Shown: positions 13,173 to 27,100, counted from the whole stretch's first letter. The stretch is 63,555 nucleotides of DNA, filler included, from Octopus bimaculoides (GCF_001194135.2; 6 parts of 6 records of this genome joined end to end with filler, not necessarily neighbours in it); one strand, 5' to 3'. Notes: generated by a model not told the origin, from the sequence alone. Program-made: numbers and translations.

Positions 13173-13319
13173 GGAGGTGGATCACCTCAGTTCAAGGCAG
13201 AAAGATTCCGGTACCAATACTCAAAGACTCCTGGTCCTGGCACTTATAACGTTAAAAAGAGCAATGAGATACAGAGCATTCGAAGGGCCGACACTGAATT
13301 GATGAGACCAGTTTTTAAG
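13173..13319 (+). CDS. Internal exon of a sperm-tail PG-rich / SHIPPO-repeat (STPG/ODF3/CIMAP-type, possibly STPG2-like) ciliary protein
   Basis: Acceptor tctgtttgcag|GGA, donor TTT AAG|gtttgt. 147 nt, phase 0-0, 49 aa GGGSPQFKAERFRYQYSKTPGPGTYNVKKSNEIQSIRRADTELMRPVFK, containing RF-x(7)-PGPGTY. Flanking exons were not found. Confidence 0.75.
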
Positions 13320-14444
13320 GTTTGTTGACATTTAAGGATCTTTGTGTGTGTGTGTGTGTGTTTGTATGTGTGTGTGTGTCTTTCTGTTTCTGTGTGTGCA
13401 TGTGTGTGTTTGTGGTTGTTTTTATTGTTGGTGGTTTTGTTAGGGATTGTGGTAGTGGTGTTGGTGGTAGCATTGTTGTTGGTGGTATTGGTTGTGGTAA
13501 TGGTGGTAGTATGCTTGTTCTTGTTGGTGGTAGCGGTGGTGTTGGCAGTGGTGGTCATGGTCTTGGTGTTAGTGTTGTTGCTGTTGGTGATGCTGATGAT
13601 GATACTTATGGTTGTTCTTGATGGTGGTGTTGGTGGATATTATTGATGTTGCTTCCATATAACCCCAGGCTGGTCCTGTTCCAAAAGAATCATAACCAAA
13701 GACATTCCAGCCTTGACCACCCTGTCTAATGTTCTATCCTGTGGAAAGACTATATCAAAGAATATGAGATTCTATACGTGTATCCCCTCTTTAGATTACA
13801 GTATGTGATTTGATGGGAATTTAACTGCTATTTTTAGGAGATCAAGTAACCACACAAAGGTCACTAATCAAGTTTTTGTTGTATAGCAATAGTTCATGAG
13901 TGGTTATAGTAGCTGCTGTTGTTGTTGTAGATCTGGTTTAGCCCTTGGTCAGTCCTGATCCAGACAGACCTACGAACAAAAGACGTTCCAACTGTGACCA
14001 TTACATTTATTCAGACTTAGTGTATCTCGGAATACATTATCCAATGTATAGCATAATCGTTAGTATTAACGGCTATCGTTATTGTTGTTGGTGGTGAAAT
14101 TTAGCCCTAGGTCTGTCCTGATCCAGCAGAACTATAATCAGAGAGGTTCCAGCTGTGACCATCCCATCTTTTATTCAGACATAGTGTATCTAGGACTACA
14201 TTATCCAATGTACAGTATAGGAGTTAGTATTAGTGGTTATAGTTGTTGTTGTTGTTGTTGCTCAGCCCCTGGTCAGTGTATCTGGGACTACAGTACTCAA
14301 CTTGTCCCTTTCATTAAGACAGTGATTTTTAAGGGAGACTTAGGTGTTACTTCTAGCAGGCTGAATAACCACACAGAGGCCTCCCTCATTGTTGCTCTGG
14401 TTGTTGTTTTGCCCCAAGTCATAACAACAGAGGTAGTAGTAGCT

Positions 14445-14499
<55 letters not shown>

Positions 14500-14516
14500 C
14501 TGTAGTAGTAGTAGCT

Positions 14517-14548
<32 letters not shown>

Positions 14549-16972
14549 TATNNNNNNNNNNNNNNNNNNNNNNNNNNNNNNNNNNNNNNNNNNNNNNNNN
14601 NNNNNNNNNNNNNNNNNNNNNNNNNNNNNNNNNNNNNNNNNNNNNNNNNNNNNNNNNNNNNNNNNNNNNNNNNNNNNNNNNNNNNNNNNNNNNNNNNNNN
14701 NNNNNNNNNNNNNNNNNNNNNNNNNNNNNNNNNNNNNNNNNNNNNNNNNNNNNNNNNNNNNNNNNNNNNNNNNNNNNNNNNNNNNNNNNNNNNNNNNNNN
14801 NNNNNNNNNNNNNNNNNNNNNNNNNNNNNNNNNNNNNNNNNNNNNNNNNNNNNNNNNNNNNNNNNNNNNNNNNNNNNNNNNNNNNNNNNNNNNNNNNNNN
14901 NNNNNNNNNNNNNNNNNNNNNNNNNNNNNNNNNNNNNNNNNNNNNNNNNNNNNNNNNNNNNNNNNNNNNNNNNNNNNNNNNNNNNNNNNNNNNNNNNNNN
15001 NNNNNNNNNNNNNNNNNNNNNNNNNNNNNNNNNNNNNNNNNNNNNNNNNNNNNNNNNNNNNNNNNNNNNNNNNNNNNNNNNNNNNNNNNNNNNNNNNNNN
15101 NNNNNNNNNNNNNNNNNNNNNNNNNNNNNNNNNNNNNNNNNNNNNNNNNNNNNNNNNNNNNNNNNNNNNNNNNNNNNNNNNNNNNNNNNNNNNNNNNNNN
15201 NNNNNNNNNNNNNNNNAATCACCACTACCACCACCACCACCAACACCACCACCACAATCACCACTACCATCACCACCACTATCACCACCACCACCACCAT
15301 CACCATCACCACCACCACCATCACCACCACTATCACCACAAACACCATCTTTGCCACCATGACCACCACCACCATCAGAACCACAAACATGACTCTTCCA
15401 TGACCACCACCACCCACCATCACCACAAATACTGCCATCACCACCACATCCACCACCATCACCACTACCACCACTCCCATCACTGCTGTTGCCGACCCCA
15501 CCACTACCATCATTACCACAAGGCTCCCCCCTTCGTCCCTGCCCTCCTCTCACTGTCCGTTCCTCACTCCCATGCTTCATACATCACCACCACCTCCAAT
15601 ACCAACACTACTACCACCACCACCACCACCACCGCATGCCACCATCACCACTACTGTGACTCCCACCATCATCACCACCGCTATCAACAGCACTACCACT
15701 ACACACTACCATCGTTACCACCACCACTGCTACTAAGGCCACCACAGTCACCACCACCACCACCATGACCATCACTGCGAATACTACCATTATCACCACA
15801 ACCACAACCACTACTACCACTACTATAATCGCTACCACCACCACCAGTACCACAGCCACCACCAACATCTCCACCACCATTAACCCCACCACAGTCATTA
15901 CCACCATCATCACCACCACCACCACCACCACTACTACTACTACTACTGCCAATACTACCACTCCACTTTCCCCCCCCCTGTTGCCCTACTCCCCCTCCTA
16001 CTTCTTATGCCATCACAGGTCACTGGCCCTTGGCCTATGTTTCAGGCACTACACCCACCACCCTTCATCCNNNNNNNNNNNNNNNNNNNNNNNNNNNNNN
16101 NNNNNNNNNNNNNNNNNNNNNNNNNNNNNNNNNNNNNNNNNNNNNNNNNNNNNNNNNNNNNNNNNNNNNNNNNNNNNNNNNNNNNNNNNNNNNNNNNNNN
16201 NNNNNNNNNNNNNNNNNNNNNNNNNNNNNNNNNNNNNNNNNNNNNNNNNNNNNNNNNNNNNNNNNNNNNNNNNNNNNNNNNNNNNNNNNNNNNNNNNNNN
16301 NNNNNNNNNNNNNNNNNNNNNNNNNNNNNNNNNNNNNNNNNNNNNNNNNNNNNNNNCCATCCCCCTTTCACTCAACCCATCCCACCCATCCTGGAACATA
16401 TGTACCTTCTACCCCTGTCCACCACCCAATTTGTCTCCCCCCCCCACACACACACAACTATCTCCTGCCCATGTGCTTCCACCACCCCCCTTACTTTCAC
16501 ACATACCTACTGCCTACACCTGCTCCCCTTTCTACATACCTACCCTCTAACACCCCCTCCCACTTTTCCATATCTCCTCTCACCCCCACCTTGTCTCCTT
16601 GTTTTGTTTTGTTTTGTTTTATGTTTTTCTTTTTTTTCCAATTCAATACACCTAACCCAAATTTTATATAGATGTATGCCTTGGTGGAGCCTTGTGTGTG
16701 TGTGTGTGTGTGTATGTGTGTTGGTTGTTGACAAATGAAATTGTAATCATCTTCATCTTTGCCATCATCATCATCATCGTCATAATCGTCACTGTCATTA
16801 ACATCATTGTCATTATTCTCACTATCATCAACATCATCATCATTATCGTCCTCATTATCGTCATGAATACCATCATTATCCTCCTCCTCCTCCTCCTCCT
16901 CATCATCATCATCATCATCACTATCACCATCACTGTCATCTTGGAATCTCAGGCAGTTTGCAATCAAAAGAG

Positions 16973-17358
16973 TTAACCCTTTTCACTGTCTTTCTGTTAA
17001 AATACATTTTTACACTTAATTTTGAAAATAGCGAAGAATTTAATAATATAAATATCATTATTAAGCTGGTGTTTGCTACATAAATTATCAAAATTTTGAT
17101 AAAAGGTTTTTAACTTAGCTCACTTTAACCCTTTGGTTACCATATTTCTTTTGAAATACGCTGCCTTTGAGTCAATTAATTTTGAAAATAAAGAATTTAG
17201 TTAAAATAATTTTGTCATTATTAATCTGGTGTTTGGTACATAAGTTTACATGAAATTGTAATGAAAGGTTTTAATTTAGATCACTCTAACCCTTTGGTTA
17301 CCATATTTCTTTTGAAATACACTGCATTTGTTTCAAATATTTTTGAAAATAATGAAAA
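16973..17358 (+). mobile_element. Stacked piggyBac-like MITE left halves (~150-bp units)
   Basis: Units begin (T/C)TAA-CCCTTT at 16973, 17125 and 17286, each at the same internal site (..CACT-TTAA) of the preceding unit. Confidence 0.6.
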
Positions 17359-17764
17359 GTAGGCGCAGGAGTGGCTGTGTGGTAAGTAGCTTGCTTACCA
17401 ACCACATGGTTCCGGGTTCATTCCGACTGCATGGCACCTTGGGCAAGTGTTCTACTATAGCCTCGGGCCGACCAAAGCTTTGAGAGTGGATTTGGTAGAC
17501 AGAAAACTGAAAGAAGCCCGTCGTATATATGTATATATATATGTGTGTGTATATGTTTGTGTGTCTGTGTTTGTCCCCCAACATTGCTTGACAACCGATG
17601 GTGGTGTGTTTACGTCCCCGTAACTTAGCGGTTCGGCAAAAGAGACCGATAAAATAAGTACTAGGCTTCCAAAGAATAAGTCCTGGGATCGATTTGCTCG
17701 ACTAAAGGCGGTGCTCCAGCATGGCCACAGTCAAATGACTGAAACAAGTAAAAGAGTAAAGAGT
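17359..17764 (+). mobile_element. Bipartite tRNA-derived SINE (family A), complete copy with a central TA/TG microsatellite
   Basis: A-box TGGCTGTGTGG, B-box GGTTCA, CCTTGGGCAAG core, microsatellite, then a conserved 3' module ending GACTGAAACAAGTAAAAGAG. Confidence 0.85.
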
Positions 17765-17800
17765 ATGCTAAAGGGTCAAACTAGCCATATTTGGCCCAAA

Positions 17801-17970
17801 TACAGGGTGTTCAAAAGGTCTCTCCACAGTGAATTTTTTTCCATGCTGTGCATCACCATGGCACTACTTCAAGAGTTTTTTGGTGAACAGATTATTTCTA
17901 AGGGACTTTGGTCACCAAGATCACCTGATTTAACACTGCCAGCCTTTTTTTATGGGGAGTGTACAAGAAT
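17801..17970 (+). mobile_element. Deleted Tc1-like fragment
   Basis: TA-CAGGGTG terminus followed by LQEFFGEQIISKGLWSPRSPDLT. Confidence 0.7.
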
Positions 17971-18449
17971 CGCCCCAAAAATCATTAAATACTTACTGCG
18001 AAGAGACTTTTTGAACATCCTGTATTTTACCTGTTTTATATTCATATCACCCAGATCCAACCTCTTGTACCTACCCTACAATGCCATTCTAAAAATAAAC
18101 ACATCACATTATCATAATCACAAAACTATGAGATAATGCATGATAAATTCGAGACAATGTGAATAAATAAGCATTACATTTGACAGAGTAATCCAAATGT
18201 TAGAGGATTAAATAATCACAGCATAGAAATCTCAAAGCTATGAGATAAGCCATGATTAATTCGAAACAGTGTGAATAAATAATCATTACTTTGTTAGAGG
18301 ATTACACCTAATTATTCTACCTGTTTTATGTTCAACTCAGCAAGATCCGGCCTCTCACACATCCCCAGCAATGTCATTCTAAATATAAACAGTCACAACA
18401 TGGAAATCTCAAAGCTATGAGATAAGCCATGATTATTGTGAATAAATAA

Positions 18450-19190
18450 TCATTATTTTGGAAAGAATAATGTGAATGTTTAAGGTTAAAACAAGAATTT
18501 GGTTCATAAAATTAGAGCCAGTCTCCAACTGGTTGATATCAAAGAAGTTAACTCTTTTGGTACCATATTTCTATTGAAATACAGTGTCTGTCTTTCAATT
18601 AATTTTGGAAATAATGAAGTATTTAGCAAAATAATTTGGATATTATCAAGCTTGTGTTTGGAACATAAATTAACATGGAGTTTTGATGGAAGATCTTAAT
18701 TTCGATCTCTTTAACCCTTTTTGTTGCAGTATTTCTGTTGAAATGCACTGTCTTTGTTCCAATTAATTTTGAAAATAACAAAGAATTTAGTAAAATAACC
18801 ATGCCATTATCAAGCTGGTTCTTAGAATATAAATTAACCTGCAATTTTGATGGAAGTTTTTAATTTAGATCTCTTTAAAACAGGAAGTTTGTATCATGGA
18901 ACCCTGGTTGCTCTCTGGCAGTTTGGTCTCAATTAAAGATAATGAAGGAATTAGTAAAAGAACTTTGTCATTATTGAGTTGGTGTTGGAACAAAATTAAC
19001 ATGACACTTTGATGAAAGGTTTTAATTAAGATCACTATAAAACAGCAAGTTCGTATCACAGAACCAGGAGAATTGTTGTCTAAGACAGGTTGATATCAAA
19101 ACGGCCAACATTTTCGTGGCCATACTTCTGTTGAAATATGCTGTCTTTGTTTCAATTAAGTTTTAGAATAATAAGGAATTTTGTAATAAT
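18450..19190 (+). mobile_element. Second cluster of the same TTAA/CCCT MITE family
   Basis: Unit starts at 18548 and 18711. Right-end-like GGTTGATATCAAAGAAGTTAA ends at 18551. A related copy lies at about 3700-3975. Confidence 0.55.
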
Positions 19191-19224
19191 GTTTCGGATT
19201 GCAAGACAGTGTGTGAGAGGAAAT

Positions 19225-19482
19225 CATGATGTCATAGGAGAGAGATGTATCCACATGGAAGATAGTTCCCTTGTATTTAATGATTCTGCAAAGGAAGTCT
19301 TGGAAGCACCATTATGAATGGTTGCTAAATGTAGAAAATATATGGGGGAAGGAGAGTCTGCCAAATGTTGACCCAATTGAGGGACCAGCTATCTGAATTG
19401 ACAGCACCCTAGAAGATAAAGTAATTAAGGGTATGAAGACAGGGAAAGCCCCCAGCCCATCAGGAATCACTGCTGAAATTGT
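19225..19482 (+). mobile_element. RTE-type LINE fragment (region before the RT core)
   Basis: WKHHYEWLLNVEN..VDPIEGPA..KGMKTGKAPSPSGITAE, with a stop and a frameshift. Confidence 0.75.
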
Positions 19483-19485
19483 ATT

Positions 19486-19525
<40 letters not shown>

Positions 19526-21039
19526 GGCAACAAGCTGGCTGAATCATGCTTAGCAGCATTTTGTCTTTCTTTACGTTCATCATCATCATCATTTAAAATC
19601 CGTTGTCTATGCTGGCATGGGTTGGGTGATTTGGCCAGGGCTGGTAAGCTGGAAGGCTGCACTTGACACCAGTTTGCTTTGGCATGGTTTTCTGTGGCTG
19701 GATACCCTTCCTAATGCCAATCACTCCAAGAGTGTAATGGGTGCTTTTACGTGCCACTAGCATGGGTGCCATTTGCATGACACCAGTATCTGCCACAACT
19801 ACACTTTTGCTTTGCTTGATGAGTCTTCTTCTCAAGCACGACCTAATGCCAAAGGTCTTGGTCACTGCCTCATGCTGAGTTCAAATTCCGCTGAAGTTAA
19901 CTTTTGACTTTCATCCCTCTCTGGGTCAATAAAATAAGTACCTGTTGAGTACTGGTGTTGATGTAATCGACTTACTTCTCCCCCCAAATTGCTGGCCTTG
20001 TGTCAAAATTAGAAACATTATTATATTGATTTTGATGGTGATGATGATGATTGGTGTTCGTTGCCCAAATCTCAGAAGTGATGCTGTTCAGATGAAAGTA
20101 ACTTATATTATTTATGTTTATTATGTTGTTTATAATGTTTTTGAGACAAGAGTAACTTACTTTTACATTATATTTTTAAAGTTATTTGTGAAGTTATTAA
20201 GGCAAAAGCAACTTTCTTGCTTTCATGTTTGTGTTTGCTATTTGTGATGTTGTTTGGACAAAAGTTAACTTTCATGTTGTTTAAGTTTGTTATGCTGTTT
20301 GTGATGTTCTTCAGATGAGAGCAACTTACTTTTGCATCGTGAGTGTTTGTTATGTAGTAAGTGTTTATACTGTCTGAGATGTTGTTCAGACAAAAGTAAC
20401 TTACTTTTATGTTGTTTGTATTAAAAGTTTGCAGTGTTTAAACTTGGTCAGCAAATGAGATGTTAAATACAAACAGACAATTTCTGGTTATGCTTGAAGC
20501 TCCATTCCTGTTAAAAGGTTCAGCTGAAACAAATTATTTTTCTCTTCCTGGATTCCCCGGTTCTGCTATTGTCTATGGGTGGGCGGAGATGGGGGTGGGT
20601 GAGCATCACCATAACTTGCACTTGTCATTCACCACTCAGCCACCTACCTGCTTTCTCCTTCAGGCAAAGTCTGTGTTTGAGGTTCTGATATGTTTAAATA
20701 ATAAAAACTGTGTGATTGTCACTGGGTCTCCACCGAATTTACTGGCTGGCTGATTCGGCAACAATACCTGGCGGCCAGCCTTCCGACTGAAAGCATTGCT
20801 GGTTCTCATACTGTCACCAGCACTACATCCAGTTATGTTGTGACAATGGCTCCAACTCCACAACAATGCCATCATAACAACAACATTATCATTGGCGTCA
20901 CCATCCGCTACCAACGACAACAGCAAAACTACCAACGCCAAAACCATTACTACTGACAATGGCGCCAACAGCATGGAAGATACCTCACCACCACCTGATC
21001 TTCACTGCTTTACCAACACCACTGCCACCTCCACCACTA

Positions 21040-21680
21040 TGACAACGACCACCGTCGCCTCTACCACCTTAACCACCACCATCACCATAACTATCATCAT
21101 CACCACTGCCACTACCACCATGGCCATCATCACCATCACAACTACGACCATCATCACCACTACCACCTTAACCACCACCATCACCATAACTACCATCACC
21201 ACCACCGCCATTACCACCATGGCCATCATCACCATCACAACTACAACCATCATCACCACTACCACCTTAACCACCACCATCACCATAACTACCATCACCA
21301 CCACCGCCACTACCACCATGGCCATCATCACCATCACAACTACGACCATCATCACCACTATCACCTTAACCACCACCATCACCATAACTACCATCACCAC
21401 CACCATGGCCATCATCACCATTACAACTACAACCATCACCACCACCGCCACTACCACCATGGCCATCATCACCATTACAACTACAACCATNNNNNNNNNN
21501 CCACCATGGCCATCATCACCATTACAACTACAACCATCACCACCACCGCCACTACCACCATGGCCATCATCACCATTACAACTACAACCATCATCACCAC
21601 CGCCACTACCACCATGGCCATCATCACCATCACAACTACCACCATCATCACCACTACCACCATGACCACTACCACTGTTA
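21040..21680 (+). repeat. Higher-order (ACC/ATC)-derived minisatellite with 99-bp then 54-bp units
   Basis: CCATGGCC landmarks at 21118, 21217, 21316, 21403, 21457, 21504, 21558 and 21612. Confidence 0.85.
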
Positions 21681-22519
21681 CTACTATCACAACCACCACA
21701 ACCACCACCACCACCACCACCATCACAAACAATACCACCAGCACCACTACCACACCTCACATCCTCTGCCACCATCACCAGCACCATTAACACCACCACA
21801 TCACTCCTGTGATGACAGCGACATTCACCGCCGCCACCACCACCACCACCACCACCACCACAATAATCATCACCAACAACAATAACAATACCACCATCAC
21901 CACAGCTCATCTTTCCCACTCCCTATCTTAAAAGCTGTGTCCTCCCCCCCCTTATTGCCAACACCACTACTGCCANNNNNNNNNNNNNNNNNNNNNNNNN
22001 NNNNNNNNNNNNNNNNNNNNNNNNNNNNNNNNNNNNNNNNNNNNNNNNNNNNNNNNNNNNNNNNNNNNNNNNNNNNNNNNNNNNNNNNNNNNNNNNNNNN
22101 NNNNNNNNNNNNNNNNNNNNNNNNNNNNNNNNNNNNNNNNNNNNNNNNNNNNNNNNNNNNNNNNNNNNNNNNNNNNNNNNNNNNNNNNNNNNNNNNNNNN
22201 NNNNNNNNNNNNNNNNNNNNNNNNNNNNNNNNNNNNNNNNNNNNNNNNNNNNNNNNNNNNNNNNNNNNNNNNNNNNNNNNNNNNNNNNNNNNNNNNNNNN
22301 NNNNNNNNNNNNNNNNNNNNNNNNNNNNNNNNNNNNNNNNNNNNNNNNNNNNNNNNNNNNNNNNNNNNNNNNNNNNNNNNNNNNNNNNNNNNNNNNNNNN
22401 NNNNNNNNNNNNNNNNNNNNNNNNNNNNNNNNNNNNNNNNNNNNNNNNNNNNNNNNNNNNNNNNNNNNNNNNNNNNNNNNNNNNNNNNNNNNNNNNNNNN
22501 NNNNNNNNGTGCGTATATC

Positions 22520-22623
<104 letters not shown>

Positions 22624-22640
22624 TAGATAGACTGACTGGC

Positions 22641-22691
<51 letters not shown>

Positions 22692-24754
22692 CAGATAAAG
22701 ATGGATAGATATATGTATTTCCCTTTTTTTTGTCTTTTATCTTTTACTTGTTTCAGTCATTAGACTGTAGCCATGCTGGAGCATCACCTTGAAAATCTTT
22801 TAGTCAAATGTATCACCCCCAGTACTTATTTCTTTTAAAGCTTGGTACTTGTTCCTACACTCTCTTTGGCTGAACTGCTAAGTTATGAAGATGTAAACAC
22901 ACCAACACCGGCTGTCAAGCAGTGTGGTGGGGACAAATACAGACACAAAGATACATATATATACATATATATATATATATATATCAAGTGTTTATGAGGT
23001 TTTGAATAGAAAGAGGTAGCTCTTTCAACAGGGATTCATTTTATCCAAGCGTTCACCAGTATTTTGGAATTTGTCAATTTGTGTTAGAATTGGTGCTCAT
23101 TGATGGTTCATCTTTGACATCAGTGCTTAGCAATCATGAAGTTCCAGTGGTCATTATAGAGGCTTTCATTTCTCCAATATAGGAGAACAGAATTTTAATA
23201 CTATAAAGAAAATGGAGTGTATGAACACAGAAAAAAATCCATTTATTTACATAATAGTAGTCACTTTCATGTTGCCTATGCACGTTTCAATTCCTACCTT
23301 CATTCGTAAAGGAACTCTCCATCCTTTAAGATGTAAATGAATTTATGTCAATTTTTGCCCTGAAGAGATTTTTTACCTTTTAAATTCATAATGCAGTTTA
23401 ATTGTAAAATATGAATGAAGATAGGAATTGAAATGTGCATAGGCAACATGAAATTGACTATTATATAAATATATTAATTTTTCTGTGTTCACACTCTCCA
23501 TTTTCTTTGTATTATGTATATATAAAATTCTTACAGATATAGGGTAAAAATTAATAATTAATTAATAATTAGTAATTTTACCAAGTAGTTTGGTGTGTTA
23601 AAAAAACATTTACCGATAAGTTTATATATATATAGGTGTTGTTTATTTAACCTCAGGTCAGTCCAGGTCCAGGAAACTTATGGTCAAATGTTTTCCAGCT
23701 GTGACCATCCCATCTCATATTCAGACATAGTGTATCTAGGACTACATTGACTAATCTCTTGTATAGAATTTATCATTAGCTTTTGTATGGGTTAGCTATG
23801 ACCATTGTCTCTTTTATTCAGCCATAGTATACCTCAGAGTACATTATTCAGGCTGTCCCTTTATTAAAGATATCTGGCTTTGCCTTCAGTATATTCAGCT
23901 GGTAGATATAACAACACTTTGAGGAATCTCTAAGAGCCTTTCTCTTATCAAGCAATCATGTTATACAAAACTGAGGTACCTAACCTCTGTCCTAGTACAA
24001 TAAATTCTTTCATACCTGGTGCTCAAATAATCAGAAATCTCAAGCAATCGGCATTAAAAATCAAATAAAAGATATTCTTTTTTACTCTAGGCACAAGGCC
24101 CGAAATTTTGGGGGAGGGGGCCAGTTGATTAGATCAACCCCAGTATGCAAATGGTACTTAATTTATCGACCCTGAAAGGATGGTTGACAATGTCAACCTT
24201 GGTGGAATTTGAACTCAGAACGTAAAGATAGGCGAAATACTGCTAAGCATTTCACCGGGCATGCTAACGTTTCTGCCAGCTCACCATTTTATTTAAATAA
24301 AAGATACTGTGTTACTCTCTTACTTGTTTCAGTCATTTGACTGTGGCCAAGCTGGAGCACCGCCTTTAGTCGAGGAAATCAACCCCAAGATTTATTCTTT
24401 GTAAGCCTAATACTTATTCTATCGGTCTTTTTTGCCAAACCGCTAATGTTACAGGAACGTAAACACACCACCATCGGTTGTCAAGTGATGTTGGAGGGAC
24501 AAACACAGACACACTCACACATACACACACAAACAGATATATATATATATATATATATANNNNNNNNNNNNNNNNNNNNNNNNNNNNNNNNNNNNNNNNN
24601 NNNTTAATTAATTAANNNNNNNNNNNNNNNNNNNNNNNNNNNNNNNNNNNNNNNNNNNNATATATGTATATATATGTATGCTTTGTTTTTTCCTCTGTAG
24701 TTTCAGCTCGGAGCTGTGACCATGATAATGCACCTCCGTTTTGCTACACTGTTA

Positions 24755-25219
24755 TTACTGAGAGCCTCCTCCAATAAGTGGAACTTGGTTAAGAATGGAG
24801 TTTGATGTAGCTACCCTCATTTGCACCTCTTGCCGTGAGGTAGGTTCATCTGGCACTCTCGACAGGAATGGGTCCAGCTTTGATTTAAAAACGCCTACAT
24901 CTACTTTGTGCAAGTTCCCCAGGCTCTTTAGGAGAATATTGAAAAGCTGTGGGCCTCTGAAACTCAGGCTGTTGCAGTAACTGGTCCTGAAGCGCGATGG
25001 CGTTGCTGGGATCTTTGGCACTATGCAGTGTCGTCCCGTTCTGGCATTGGTGTAGCTTTCAATGCCAAAATTTGGCACAATTCCTTCCAGGATCTTCCAG
25101 ATGTATATTACTGCATACCTCTCCCGCCTTCTTTCCAAGGAGTAGAGTTTTAGCTGTTTCAGCCTTTCCCAGTAGCTGGTCCGTACATGATCTCTCCTTT
25201 CTGAAACCTGCCTGCTCAT
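24755..25219 (-). mobile_element. CR1/L2-type LINE ORF2 3' end
   Basis: YWERLKQLKLYSLERRRERY..IWKIL..GPQLFN..FKSKLDPFL..VPDEP. Same-family fragments at about 26290-26365 (+) and 61815-61968 (-). Confidence 0.85.
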
Positions 25220-25701
25220 CTCAATCCAAACATGAACAAGTAAGAAAAATCAACAACGCGAGGACGTGAAATAAGTACAGTGTTATTGGANNNNNNNNNN
25301 NNNNNNNNNNNNNNNNNNNNNNNNNNNNNNNNNNNNNNNNNNNNNNNNNNNNNNNNNNNNNNNNNNNNNNNNNNNNNNNNNNNNNNNNNNNNNNNNNNNN
25401 NNNNNNNNNNNNNNNNNNNNNNNNNNNNNNNNNNNNNNNNNNNNNNNNNNNNNNNNNNNNNNNNNNNNNNNNNNNNNNNNNNNNNNNNNNNNNNNNNNNN
25501 NNNNNNNNNNNNNNNNNNNNNNNNNNNNNNNNNNNNNNNNNNNNNNNNNNNNNNNNNNNNNNNNNNNNNNNNNNNNNNNNNNNNNNNNNNNNNNNNNNNN
25601 NNNNNNNNNNNNNNNNNNNNNNNNNNNNNNNNNNNNNNNNNNNNNNNNNNNNNNNNNNNNNNNNNNNNNNNNNNNNNNNNNNNNNNNNNNNNNNNNNNNN
25701 N

Positions 25702-25950
25702 GGTGAGAGAGAGTGGGAGGATTGGTCAATGGTAAGAGAGATATCAAGGAAGTTAACCGAGGTGTTAGAGATAGTAGAAGTGAATTGGAGAGAAGGGTGG
25801 AAGTTAGAGAGGAAAGTGATGAAGTGGGAGAGTTGTTCACGGGAGAGGGAGGTGGCACCTATACAGTCGTCTGTGTAGCGACCGTATAGCTCTGGGGTCA
25901 GCCTGGAGAAATGGGAGAATGCTAGGGCTTCAATGTGACCACCAGCGGTC
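25702..25950 (-). mobile_element. Penelope-like element reverse transcriptase fragment
   Basis: YGRYTDDCIG..FITFLSNFHPSLQFT..VNFLDISL matches the PLE RT YxDD and downstream motifs. Truncated by a gap. Confidence 0.8.
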
Positions 25951-26359
25951 ACCTGGCCTTCGCCCGGTGTCTGTACTGTACTCAGATGTATTCATAATGC
26001 ATCTGTCGTAATACCCACGTGTCATATTGTATTTAAAGGCTGCTAATCGCCATTCTTCATGAGAAAAAAAGTCTAAATTCCAACATAACATGCTGTTGCT
26101 CTGATGTTTCTTGTTCCCTGAGGTGGGCATTTCTGGCTGCGTTACTCTGAGGTTGCTTTATTAAGACCTGTTCTCTTAAGCGGGCTCGTCTATCGGCTTA
26201 ACACCTCAGCTTCCACCGTCTCTGCTCTGGTCCCTCTTGTTCCCTCAAGCGAGCTTGCTTGGTTGTTTCAAACTGTAGTTTTTACTGAGAGACCTGCATG
26301 GGGTGGATGTAGGTTTCTTCAAAACTAAACTGGATCTCTTCCTGTTAAGGGTTCCAGAT

Positions 26360-26598
26360 GAGCCACACACACACACACACACACACGTATGTATATGTGT
26401 ATATGTATATATATATATATATGTATGTATGCATGCATGTATAGATGTAATGTGCATGTATATATATACATATGTATGTATATATATATATGCATGTACA
26501 TGTGTATGTTTCTATACGTAGGTATGAATATATGTATATATGTACGCATGTATGCATATATGTATAAATATTTATATATATATATATACGTATGCATG

Positions 26599-26683
<85 letters not shown>

Positions 26684-26826
26684 GCGCATGGATGCGTGTG
26701 TATATATATATATATATGTGTGTGTGTGTATGCATGTATATGTATATATGTATATTTATATATGTAGGTATGTATGTATATACATATATTTATGTATATA
26801 TATATGCATGTATGTATGTGTATATG

Positions 26827-26857
<31 letters not shown>

Positions 26858-26858
26858 G

Positions 26859-26913
<55 letters not shown>

Positions 26914-26940
26914 GTGCATGTATGTATATATATATATATC

Positions 26941-26974
<34 letters not shown>

Positions 26975-27100
26975 TATATATGTATGTATATATATATATA
27001 TATGTATACATATGTATGTGTCTGCATACGTATATATACTTACATACATACATACATACATACATAACATTATATATATATGCGCATACACACACACACA
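26360..27100. repeat. Compound (TA)n/(TG)n/(TATG)n microsatellite, representative of dozens in the window
   Basis: Direct inspection. It accounts for the YIYI/VCVC/THTH ORFs in the track. Confidence 0.95.

Noticed and set aside
14082-16738. Long Val/Thr/Pro/His-rich ORFs
   Set aside because: They are translations of (GTA)n/(ACC)n triplet repeats and N runs.
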